Below, one piece after another: positions 9,955 to 18,488 of a stretch of 28,506 nucleotides of DNA (its first letter is position 1; the number at the start of each line of letters is the position of its first letter). The translations under genes and the position numbers were made by a program. The notes under the pieces were generated by a model. The model saw nothing but the letters and a program-made list of their open reading frames with translations. It did no database searches and was not told the DNA's origin. Source of the DNA: Gemmatimonadaceae bacterium (lineage in GTDB: Bacteria > Gemmatimonadota > Gemmatimonadetes > Gemmatimonadales > Gemmatimonadaceae); the NCBI GenBank assembly GCA_035698205.1, contig DASSBZ010000017.1, positions 1 through 28,506 of the forward strand. Reading direction: 5' to 3'.

Positions 9955-10884
9955 ATGTCCGGCCGAACGGTCACCACGAAGCCCCGCCCCACCACGTTTC
10001 TCGACGCGCCGCGCCTGTCCGACGACCTCGGACTCGAGCTCGTGCTTGCGTGCGAGACGTTCCAGATCACCGGCAGCTTCAAGTTCCGGGCGGCCTGGTC
10101 GCTGGCGGCGAATGTGCCGAATCCCCATGTGATCGCCGCGTCATCAGGAAACTTCGGGCAGGCGCTGGCGCTCGCCTGCAAGCTGTTCGGCAAGCGGAGC
10201 ACGATCGTCATGCCGGCCAACTCGGCCCGCGTCAAGATCGATGCGGTCCGCACCAACGGCGGGACGGTCGATCTCGTCGACACGACAAAGACGCCGCGAG
10301 CCGAGCGTGTGGCGGCGCTCGCCGATGCCGACCCCGAGGCATATGTCGCAAGCGCGTACGATGACCGCTGGGTCATCGAGGGGAACGCAACGCTGGGAGA
10401 CGAGGTCTGTCAGCGCGATCCGCGCCCCGAAGTCATCGTCGTCCCCGTCGGCGGTGGCGGACTCGCCTCGGGGATCGTCTCCGCGGTCCGGGCCGCGGGG
10501 CTGGCAGGGTCAGTGGCCGTCGTGGGCGCGGAACCGGCGCTGGCGAACGACGCCGCCCGATCGCTGCGCGAGGGGCGGATCGTCGCCAATGAATCGGAGC
10601 CACAGACCATGGCGGACGGCGCACGGACGCTCAGCGTGGGTGAGCAGAACTGGGCGCTGCTTCGCGATGGGCTCGAGACCATCGTCGAGGTTCCGGAGGA
10701 GCGCATCGTGGAGGCGCTGCGCCGCTACTTCGTGCAGGCAAACCTGAAGGTGGAACCGACGGGTGCGCTGGCGCTGGGCGCGATCCTCGCCAACCCCGAG
10801 CGCTTCAGCGGCCGCCGCACCTGCTGCGTGATCAGCGGCGGGAATGTCGATCCCGCGGTTTACGCACGGCTGCTCGTGGACTGA
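9955..10884 (+). CDS. PLP-dependent threonine/serine dehydratase-family enzyme (fold type II)
   Basis: PLP-lysine motif FQITGSFKFRAAW, glycine-rich VPVGGGGLASG loop, and length near 309 aa. Confidence 0.85.
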   Translation: MSGRTVTTKPRPTTFLDAPRLSDDLGLELVLACETFQITGSFKFRAAWSLAANVPNPHVIAASSGNFGQALALACKLFGKRSTIVMPANSARVKIDAVRTNGGTVDLVDTTKTPRAERVAALADADPEAYVASAYDDRWVIEGNATLGDEVCQRDPRPEVIVVPVGGGGLASGIVSAVRAAGLAGSVAVVGAEPALANDAARSLREGRIVANESEPQTMADGARTLSVGEQNWALLRDGLETIVEVPEERIVEALRRYFVQANLKVEPTGALALGAILANPERFSGRRTCCVISGGNVDPAVYARLLVD

Positions 10885-11810
10885 CGGGCAGCGCCGTTCG
10901 TCGTCGCCGGCGGTCCGGCGTCGGGTTGCGTATGATCACCCTCGAACGGCTCCATGTGCACCAGCACGCCGCTCACCTCCGGCACCGCCGCCATGATCGC
11001 GCGCTTCACCCGCCCGCTCAGGACGTGCGCATCGTGCAGCGACATGGTCGGCTCGGCCTGCACGTGGATGTCCACGTGATACACGAGTCCGGTCTTGCGA
11101 ACGTTCAGCTTTTCGATCGCCTGGACGTCGCTGGTGTTGCGCGCGGCGCGGGCCACCGGCTCGACCACGCTGGCGCCCGGTGCGCGATCCATCAGGTCGC
11201 CGGACGCACGACGCGCCAGTGACGTCGCGTTCCATGCGATCACGCCGGCCGCCAGCAGCGCCGCCCAGTCGTCGGCGGATTCCCATCCGGGCCCGCCCCA
11301 CAGCGCGATGCTGATCCCGATGAAAGCGGCTGCCGAGGTGACCGCGTCGCTCGCATGATGCCACGCATCAGCGCGCACAGCCGTGCTGGGCAGGCTGTCG
11401 CTCACACGCAGCACGCGCCGGAACAGCCCGAACTTCACGACCATCACCGTCACCAGCACCGCCAGCGTCCATGGCGCCGGCGTCAGGTGCGGCGTCCGGA
11501 TCTCGCGCACGGCTTCGAGCCCGACCCAGAGTGCCGCGCCCATCAGCATGACCGACACCGCGAGCCCCGCCAGCGAATCAGCCTTGCCGTAGCCGAACGG
11601 GTAGGCGTCGTCGGGATCGCGCGACGCGACTCGCAGCCCCCCCCACACCACGAGCGAGCCCAGCACGTCGGCCATCGACTCGACCGCATCGGCGACGAGC
11701 GCATAGGTATGGCCAAGCACGCCCGCGGTCGCCTTGACAGCGGCCAGCAGGATGTTGGTAACGAGGCCGACCTGAACCAGACGAATGCCGCGCAGGGAGG
11801 GATCCGGCAT
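10860..11810 (-). CDS. Cation diffusion facilitator (CDF) family metal efflux transporter
   Basis: Six TM helices plus a C-terminal cytoplasmic domain. His/Asp-rich helices (HASDAVTS, HTYALVADAVESMAD). ATG at 11810. The ORF-track N-terminal extension is unlikely. Confidence 0.85.
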   Translation of the reverse strand: MPDPSLRGIRLVQVGLVTNILLAAVKATAGVLGHTYALVADAVESMADVLGSLVVWGGLRVASRDPDDAYPFGYGKADSLAGLAVSVMLMGAALWVGLEAVREIRTPHLTPAPWTLAVLVTVMVVKFGLFRRVLRVSDSLPSTAVRADAWHHASDAVTSAAAFIGISIALWGGPGWESADDWAALLAAGVIAWNATSLARRASGDLMDRAPGASVVEPVARAARNTSDVQAIEKLNVRKTGLVYHVDIHVQAEPTMSLHDAHVLSGRVKRAIMAAVPEVSGVLVHMEPFEGDHTQPDAGPPATTNGAARQSTSSRA

Positions 11811-11920
11811 GCGAATGGAGGTAAGCGTATCGCGAGGGCCGGGGCAAGTGCGGGCGCGGTTGACGGTGGCGGTGAAGTCGCGTAGCTCTGGGAGTATCCA
11901 CATCCCGTCGGGAGCCGTTC

Positions 11921-12511
11921 ATGAAACGACGCCAGGCACTTCGTGTGCTCGGCTCGAGCGCCGCGGCAGCCGCGCTGCTGCCGTTCGCCCCGAGCGATGC
12001 GTTTGCCGCGGGCCGGGCAATCCATGACCGGTTGCAGCGTGGTGAACGTGTCGTCGATGGACTCACGGACGCGCAGTTGGCGCTCGTTGCCGCAGTCGCC
12101 GGGACGATCATTCCCGCCACCGACACACCGGGCGCCCGCGAGGCTCGCGTACACGAGTGGATCAACGTCGTGTACGCGGACTGGATGAGCGATTCCGAAC
12201 GCAGCGTCTTCTCGGCGGGGCTCGAATCGCTGGACGAAATGAGCCAGCGCGAGCACGGCACGACCGTGGCGCAGCTCGCGGAGCCCGATCGGCTGGCCCT
12301 GCTCACATCGGTGGATGCCATGGCGTTCGCGCCGCAACCATACGGCGCCCCGCCCCCTGCCTTCCGACGGCTCAAGCAGCTCGTCATCCACGGGTACTAC
12401 ACGTCCGAGATCGGCCAGCGCGAGGAGCTGAAGGTCGTCATCATTCCCGGTCGCTACGACAGCTGCCGGCAGATGCAGCCCGCACCCGGCGGCGGCGGGA
12501 GCGACAGATGA
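11921..12511 (+). CDS. Tat-signal small subunit of FAD-dependent dehydrogenase (gluconate 2-dehydrogenase subunit-3-like 'hitch-hiker' subunit), copy 1
   Basis: Twin-arginine signal MKRRQALRVLGSSAAAAALLPFA. Size near 196 aa. Stop overlaps the downstream GMC start (ATGA). GGGAG Shine-Dalgarno 6 nt upstream. Confidence 0.75.
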   Translation: MKRRQALRVLGSSAAAAALLPFAPSDAFAAGRAIHDRLQRGERVVDGLTDAQLALVAAVAGTIIPATDTPGAREARVHEWINVVYADWMSDSERSVFSAGLESLDEMSQREHGTTVAQLAEPDRLALLTSVDAMAFAPQPYGAPPPAFRRLKQLVIHGYYTSEIGQREELKVVIIPGRYDSCRQMQPAPGGGGSDR

Positions 12512-14190
12512 GGGCGGACTACGACGCGATCGTCATCGGTTCAGGCATCACCGGCGGCTGGGCGGCGAAGGAGCTCACCGAGCGCGGCCTGCGCACGCTC
12601 GTCCTCGAAGCGGGTGGACCGATCGACCCGCTGAAGGACTACGTGGAGCATGTCCCCCCGTACGAGCGAAAGTTCCGCGGCTACGGCGACCGCAAGGCGC
12701 TGGAGCGCGACCAGTTCGTGCAGAGGGCGTGCTATGCCTGCGACGAATACAGCGGCAAATTCTTCGTGAACGACCGCGAGAATCCGTACACCACCCCCGA
12801 TGATGCGCCCTTCGACTGGATCCGGGGGCGCCAGGTGGGTGGCCGTTCCATTACGTGGGGACGACAGGTGTATCGCTGGAGCGACCTCGATTTCGAGGCC
12901 AACCTGCGCGACGGGCATGGCGTGGACTGGCCCATCCGGTACGCCGACATCGCGCCCTGGTACGATCACGTGGAGTCGTTCATCGGCATCAGCGGCGAAG
13001 CGCTGGGGCTCGACCACCTCCCCGATGGCCGGTTCCTTCCCGGTATGGCGCTCAACTGCGCCGAGGAACGGGTGCGCGACCGGCTCGCGCCGCTGTTCGA
13101 CGGCTCACGCATCGTCACCATCGGCCGCGTTGCGATCCTCACGCAGAACCACAACGGTCGCGCCGCCTGTCATTACTGCGGTCCGTGCGAACGCGGCTGC
13201 ATCACGCGGTCGTACTTCAGCTCCATCGGCTCGACGCTCCCCGCCGCCGAGGCCACGGGCCGGCTTACGCTGCGCCCCTGGAGCGTCGTCTCGGAGATCA
13301 TCCACGATCCGTCCAGCGGGCGCGCCAGCGGCGTGCGCGTGATCGATGCGCAGTCGCACGAGACCATCGAGTTCGGCGCGCGCGTGGTGTTCCTCTGTGC
13401 ATCGGCGCTCGAGTCCGCGCGCATCCTGCTCAACTCACGCTCGGCGGCGTTTCCCGCGGGGCTGGCCAATTCCAGCGGAGAGCTCGGGCGGAACGTGATG
13501 GACCATTGCATGGGCGGCGGCGCGAACGGCTCGGTGGACGGTCTCGATGACCGGACGACGTTCGGCAACCGACCCACCGGCACGTACATGCCGCGCTTTC
13601 GCAACGTGACGGATCAGCACCCCGACTTCGTACGCGGCTATGCGTATCAGGGCGGCGCGAACCGGTCCGGGTGGCAGCGCGGCCAGTGGGGACGGGGTAT
13701 CGGCGCGGAGCTCAAGGAGCGGCTCCGATCCCCCGGCCCGTGGAACTTCGGGTTGTACGGCTTTGGGGAATGCCTCCCCCATCCGGAGAACCGGGTGTCG
13801 CTCGATCCCGACCGGAAGGACGCATGGGGAATCCCGGCGCTCCACATCGACGTGCGCTGGCGCGACAACGAGCGGAAGCTCCTGGAGGACATGTCGGTCC
13901 AGGCCGCCGAGATGCTCGAGGCGGCCGGATTGGGAAACGTGAGTCCGTACGTCAACGACAATCCCCCCGGACTCACCATTCATGAGATGGGGACGGCGCG
14001 GATGGGGCGCGATGCGAAGACGTCGGTACTCGACGCGCACAATGCGGCGTGGGACGTTCCGAATCTGTATGTTACCGACGGCGCGTGCATGGCTTCGTCG
14101 GCATGCCAGAATCCATCCATCACCTACATGGCGCTCACCGCGCGCGCGGCGGCGCACGCCGTGGAACGCATGAATCGCCGGGAGCTGTGA
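12508..14190 (+). CDS. GMC-family FAD-dependent oxidoreductase, catalytic subunit (copy 1)
   Basis: N-terminal DAIVIGSGITGGWAA Rossmann motif. Cys cluster NGRAACHYCGPCERGC. C-terminal GMC His/Asn active-site region (IHEMGTARMG...VTDGA). The true start is ATG at 12508, with GGGAG upstream; the ORF-track start at 12157 is an overextension. Confidence 0.9.
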   Translation: MRADYDAIVIGSGITGGWAAKELTERGLRTLVLEAGGPIDPLKDYVEHVPPYERKFRGYGDRKALERDQFVQRACYACDEYSGKFFVNDRENPYTTPDDAPFDWIRGRQVGGRSITWGRQVYRWSDLDFEANLRDGHGVDWPIRYADIAPWYDHVESFIGISGEALGLDHLPDGRFLPGMALNCAEERVRDRLAPLFDGSRIVTIGRVAILTQNHNGRAACHYCGPCERGCITRSYFSSIGSTLPAAEATGRLTLRPWSVVSEIIHDPSSGRASGVRVIDAQSHETIEFGARVVFLCASALESARILLNSRSAAFPAGLANSSGELGRNVMDHCMGGGANGSVDGLDDRTTFGNRPTGTYMPRFRNVTDQHPDFVRGYAYQGGANRSGWQRGQWGRGIGAELKERLRSPGPWNFGLYGFGECLPHPENRVSLDPDRKDAWGIPALHIDVRWRDNERKLLEDMSVQAAEMLEAAGLGNVSPYVNDNPPGLTIHEMGTARMGRDAKTSVLDAHNAAWDVPNLYVTDGACMASSACQNPSITYMALTARAAAHAVERMNRREL

Positions 14191-14195
14191 ACGCG

Positions 14196-15101
14196 ATGCC
14201 GAGGATCGACCGTCGGACGTTTCTTCGCAGGCTCGGCAGCTCAACGGCCGGGCTGGCGTCGTGGCCCATCGTTGCCGGTGCCGCCAGCGCAGTGGGCGCT
14301 GGCGCCCTCGCCGGGTGCGATACGTCCGCAGCGGGCAGCGCGACCACCGCCCTGCTCGACCGCATCGGGGTGCAGCTCTATACCCTGCGCACGGAGATGG
14401 AGAAGGGGGTGGGACCGGTGCTCGAGCAGGTGGCCAGGATCGGTTACAGCGAGGTGGAGTTCGCCGGCTACTTCAACCTGCCGCCTGCCGAGCTCCGATC
14501 GATGCTCGATGCCAACGGACTGACGGCGCCGTCGGCGCACGTCGATTTCAACGGGCTGCTGACATCCAGTGAGCCGGCGCTCGATGCCGCCGCGACCCTC
14601 GGTCACCAGTGGCTCGTGGTAGCCTGGCTTCCCACCGAACTGCGCGCCACGCTCGACGACTACAAGCGCCGTGCCGAGGACTTCAATCGGCTTGGCGAGG
14701 CCTGCGTCGCGCGCGGGATGCGCTTTGCCTACCACAATCACGACTTCGAGTTCGCGCCGCTCGATGGCGCCAAGGGGTACGACACACTGCTCGCCAACTG
14801 CGACCCGTCGCTCGTCGACTTCGAACTGGACCTGTTCTGGGTGACACGCGCGGGACAACAGCCGCTGGACTACTTCGCCCGTGCGCCGGGGCGCTTTCCG
14901 ATGGTGCACGCCAAGGACATGGACGGATCGCCCGAACATCGCATGGTGGACGTCGGCAGCGGCACCATCGACTTCGCCGCGATCTTCGCACGGGGCGAAC
15001 AGGCCGGCCTGCGCCACGTGTTCGTGGAGCACGACGAGCCAGCCGACCCGTGGGCGAGCGTACGCGCCAGCTTCACGGCACTGCGGGCCATGGATGCCTG
15101 A
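14196..15101 (+). CDS. Tat-exported sugar phosphate isomerase/epimerase (xylose-isomerase-like TIM barrel)
   Basis: Twin-arginine signal MPRIDRRTFLRRLGSS. TIM-barrel family motifs (YSEVEF, HNHDFEF, FVEHDEP). The start is ATG at 14196. Confidence 0.8.
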   Translation: MPRIDRRTFLRRLGSSTAGLASWPIVAGAASAVGAGALAGCDTSAAGSATTALLDRIGVQLYTLRTEMEKGVGPVLEQVARIGYSEVEFAGYFNLPPAELRSMLDANGLTAPSAHVDFNGLLTSSEPALDAAATLGHQWLVVAWLPTELRATLDDYKRRAEDFNRLGEACVARGMRFAYHNHDFEFAPLDGAKGYDTLLANCDPSLVDFELDLFWVTRAGQQPLDYFARAPGRFPMVHAKDMDGSPEHRMVDVGSGTIDFAAIFARGEQAGLRHVFVEHDEPADPWASVRASFTALRAMDA

Positions 15102-15987
15102 CGTGCCCGGCGCCATCTCCCGCCGATCGGCGTTAGGCGCGCTGGCAGGGGCGGCCGCGACGCTGGCGATCAGCGACACCGCCTCCGCGAGCACGCCATT
15201 ACCGCGTGAGCGCGGATCGGTACCCCTCCCGCCCGGGCGCCTCAACCAGTCGGTCTGCCGCTGGTGCTACGACGGCATCCCCCTCGAGCGGCTCGGCCGT
15301 GAGGCAAAGGCCATGGGGCTGCGCTCCGTCGAACTGCTTGGCGAGGCGGAGTGGCCGGTGATCCGTTCCCTGGGACTCACCTGCGCCATGGCCAACGGTC
15401 CCTCCACCATCACGCTCGGCTGGAACCGGCCGTCGGAGCACGATCGGCTGGTGGCCGAGTCGGAACGCCTCCTGCCGCTCGTCGCCGCCGAGGGGTTTCC
15501 GAATATGATCGTCTTCTCCGGCAACCGCGCCGGCATGTCGGATGGCGAGGGGCTGGAGAACTGCGCGCGCGGCCTGGCACGAATCGTTCACACGGCCGAA
15601 CGCACCGGTGTGACCGTCTGCATGGAACTGCTCAACAGCAAGGTCGATCACAAGGACTACATGTGCGACCACACGCCGTGGGGTGTGGAACTCGTGAAGC
15701 GCGTCGCTTCGCCCCGCTTCCGGCTCCTGTATGACATCTACCACATGCAGATCATGGAGGGGGACGTGATCCGCACCATCCGCGACCACCACGCATCCAT
15801 CGCGCACTATCACACCGGCGGGGTCCCCGGTCGCGCCGAGATCGACGGCTCGCAGGAGCTGAACTACCCGGCCATCATGCGCGCCATCGCGGAGACCGGA
15901 TACACCGGATGGGTGGGGCAGGAATTCGTGCCACGGCGCGATCCGCTCACGTCGCTGCGCGAGGGCGTTGCCATCTGCACCGTGTAA
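15094..15987 (+). CDS. Tat-exported hydroxypyruvate-isomerase-like TIM barrel (xylose-isomerase-like superfamily)
   Basis: SRRSALGALAGAAATLA Tat-like signal. C-terminal YHMQIMEGDV...HYHTGGVPGRAEIDGSQELNYPAIMRAIAETGYTGWVGQEFVP matches the Hyi-family signature. ATG at 15094 overlaps the upstream stop by 8 nt. Confidence 0.8.
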   Translation: MPDVPGAISRRSALGALAGAAATLAISDTASASTPLPRERGSVPLPPGRLNQSVCRWCYDGIPLERLGREAKAMGLRSVELLGEAEWPVIRSLGLTCAMANGPSTITLGWNRPSEHDRLVAESERLLPLVAAEGFPNMIVFSGNRAGMSDGEGLENCARGLARIVHTAERTGVTVCMELLNSKVDHKDYMCDHTPWGVELVKRVASPRFRLLYDIYHMQIMEGDVIRTIRDHHASIAHYHTGGVPGRAEIDGSQELNYPAIMRAIAETGYTGWVGQEFVPRRDPLTSLREGVAICTV

Positions 15988-16065
15988 TGAGCACGTGCGA
16001 TGGTTGACGACGCCGCGCGCGCGCGGTAGCTCTCCGCCACATCTTCACGGGAGAGCATTCGTACC

Positions 16066-17760
16066 ATGCAGATCCAGCGACAACGCCCCGAGTTCGATGT
16101 CGTCATCGTGGGTTCGGGGGCCGGCGGCGGCATGGCCGCCTGGAGCCTGACCCGTTCGGGGGCGCGCGTTGCGCTGCTCGAGGCGGGGTCCATGTGGGAC
16201 CCGGCGAAGGACGGCGCGATGCTGAAGTGGCCCTACGAGAGCCCGCGCCGCGGTGCCTCGACGCGCGAACGGCCGTTCGGGGAGTTCGACGGATGCATCG
16301 GCGGCTGGCAGATCGACGGCGAGCCATACACCACGGCCCCCGGCACGCAGTTCAACTGGTGGCGCGCCCGCATGCTCGGCGGGCGCACCAACCACTGGGG
16401 GCGCATCTCGCTCCGCTTCGGACCGAAGGACTTCCGGCACAAGAGCGTCGACGGACTGGGCGACGACTGGCCCATCTCCTACGACGACGTCAAGCCGTAC
16501 TACGACGAAGTCGACAAGCTGGTCGGGATCTTCGGCAGCATGGAGAACCTGCCCAACGAACCGGATGGCATCTTCCATGAGCCGCCGGCCCCGCGCTGCT
16601 ATGAGCACCTCGTCAAGCGCGCCTCCGACCGGCTCGACATCACCTGCATCCCGTCGCGGCTGTCGATCATCACCCGGCCGCACAACGGCCGCGCGCCCTG
16701 CCACTACTGCGGGCAGTGCAATCGCGGCTGCATGACGAACTCCAACTTCTCGTCGACCGGCGTGCTGATCCCGCCGGCGCAGGCCACCGGGCGGCTCACG
16801 CTGATCACCGATGCCATGGCTCGCGAGGTGAGCGTCGGCTCCGATGGACGCGCCACCGGCGTGCACTACGTGAACACACGGACCGGTGCCGACGAACATG
16901 TACGTGGGCGCGTGGTGGTCCTCGCCGCGAGCGCCTGCGAGACGGCCCGGCTCCTGCTCAATTCGAAGAGTTCGCGGTTCCCCGAGGGCCTCGCGAATTC
17001 CAGCGGCACGGTGGGCAAGTACCTCACCGACACCACCGGCAGCGACGCGGCCGGGAGAATCCCGGCGCTCTACGACAACCTGCCGCACAACGAGGACGGC
17101 GTGGGCGGCATGCATGTGTACATGCCCTGGTGGCTGGACAACGCGAAGCTGGACTTTCCGCGCGGCTATCACATCGAGGTGTGGGGCGGCCGCGGCACGC
17201 CCGGCGCGGGGTTCATGGGAGGCATTCACCGGTGGCCGTCGGGCGGTGGCTACGGCGCCTCGCTCAAGGATGATTACCGACGCTACTACGGCTCCGTGGT
17301 AGGCTTCTCGGGACGCGGCGAGATGATCCCCAACGAGGACTGCTACTGCGAGATCGATCCCGGCGTGTTGGACCGGTTCGGCATTCCCGTGCTGCGGTTC
17401 CACTGGAAGTGGTCCGATCACGAGTACCTGCAGGCGAAGCACATGCAGGAGACCTTCCGCTCGATCATTCGCGAGATGGGCGGCACGCCGACCAGCGAGA
17501 TGCCATCGCGCGAGAGCGGCTATGGCCTGCACAACGGTGGCGCGATCATCCACGAGCTCGGCGGCGCCCGCATGGGCAACGATCCGGGAACGTCGGTCGT
17601 GGACTCCAACTGCCGCGCGCACGACGTGCAGAACCTGTTCGTGGCCGACGGCGCACCGTTCGTGAGCCAGGCGGACAAGAATCCCACCTGGACGATTCTC
17701 GCGCTGAGCATGCGCACCAGCGACTTCATCGCGGCCGAGCGCAAGCGGGGGGCGCTATGA
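16066..17760 (+). CDS. GMC-family FAD-dependent oxidoreductase, catalytic subunit (copy 2, paralog of 12508-14190)
   Basis: DVVIVGSGAGGGMAA Rossmann motif. The same Cys cluster, NGRAPCHYCGQCNRGC. C-terminal IHELGGARMG...VADGA. Clearly paralogous to copy 1. Confidence 0.9.
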   Translation: MQIQRQRPEFDVVIVGSGAGGGMAAWSLTRSGARVALLEAGSMWDPAKDGAMLKWPYESPRRGASTRERPFGEFDGCIGGWQIDGEPYTTAPGTQFNWWRARMLGGRTNHWGRISLRFGPKDFRHKSVDGLGDDWPISYDDVKPYYDEVDKLVGIFGSMENLPNEPDGIFHEPPAPRCYEHLVKRASDRLDITCIPSRLSIITRPHNGRAPCHYCGQCNRGCMTNSNFSSTGVLIPPAQATGRLTLITDAMAREVSVGSDGRATGVHYVNTRTGADEHVRGRVVVLAASACETARLLLNSKSSRFPEGLANSSGTVGKYLTDTTGSDAAGRIPALYDNLPHNEDGVGGMHVYMPWWLDNAKLDFPRGYHIEVWGGRGTPGAGFMGGIHRWPSGGGYGASLKDDYRRYYGSVVGFSGRGEMIPNEDCYCEIDPGVLDRFGIPVLRFHWKWSDHEYLQAKHMQETFRSIIREMGGTPTSEMPSRESGYGLHNGGAIIHELGGARMGNDPGTSVVDSNCRAHDVQNLFVADGAPFVSQADKNPTWTILALSMRTSDFIAAERKRGAL

Positions 17761-17809
17761 CACAGGGACCATCAGGCCGCTCAGGCGCGCTGCACAGGGG
17801 AGGTCGCTC

Positions 17810-18442
17810 ATGACGACGGTTGATCGACGCGAAGCGCTCAAGGTGATGGCCACCACCGCGGCCGCCGGCCTCGCCGGCTTCCGGGAGGATGACCTGCTGG
17901 CCGCACGCGAGGTCGCGGTGCGCGCGAGCGCTGCCCGCCGCGCCGGAGCCCAGGCGTACGCGCCGCAGTTCTTCACCGACGAGGAATGGAAGACCGTGCG
18001 CGTGCTGGTGGACGACATCATTCCACGCGACGAGCGTTCGGGATCGGCCACCGATGCCGGTGTGCCGGAGTACATCGACTTCCTCCTGTTCGACCAGACC
18101 CCCGCTGGAGATCGACAGGCCCCTTCGTCGGCGCAGGTGGGCATTCGTGGCGGGCTTCGGTGGCTGGACGGCGAGAGCCGATCGCGCAATGACGGCAAGG
18201 CGTACGCGGACTGCACTGCTGCGCAGCGCCACGCCATCCTCGATGACATCGCCTGGCCCGAGCGCGCACGACCGGAGTTTTCGCACGGCGTTGCGTTCTT
18301 CACCCGGATGCGCGATCTCACGGGATCCGGGTTCTTCTCGTCGAAGATGGGAGTCGAGGACCTTCGCTACACCGGCAACACGGTGGTACCTCGCTGGACC
18401 GGGTGCCCGGAGCCGGTGCTGCGGAAGCTCGGCATCTCCTGA
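17810..18442 (+). CDS. Tat-signal small subunit of FAD-dependent dehydrogenase (subunit-3-like), copy 2
   Basis: Twin-arginine signal MTTVDRREALKVMATTAAAGLAG. GGGGAGG Shine-Dalgarno 6 nt upstream. Paralogous to 11921-12511 (shared ...IIP..D..G...........). Confidence 0.75.
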   Translation: MTTVDRREALKVMATTAAAGLAGFREDDLLAAREVAVRASAARRAGAQAYAPQFFTDEEWKTVRVLVDDIIPRDERSGSATDAGVPEYIDFLLFDQTPAGDRQAPSSAQVGIRGGLRWLDGESRSRNDGKAYADCTAAQRHAILDDIAWPERARPEFSHGVAFFTRMRDLTGSGFFSSKMGVEDLRYTGNTVVPRWTGCPEPVLRKLGIS

Positions 18443-18488
18443 GCATCGTGCGGCGCCCATGACACCTTCTCAACGGCGGGAGACGTCC

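Noticed and set aside
12157-12507. N-terminal 117-aa extension of the GMC ORF (track start 12157), and analogous extensions at 14049, 14881, 17889, 27707, 11903 and 9910
   Set aside because: The extensions overlap upstream genes in another frame and are Arg-rich. Internal ATGs with GGGAG-type Shine-Dalgarno sequences and Tat or Rossmann N-termini give the credible starts.
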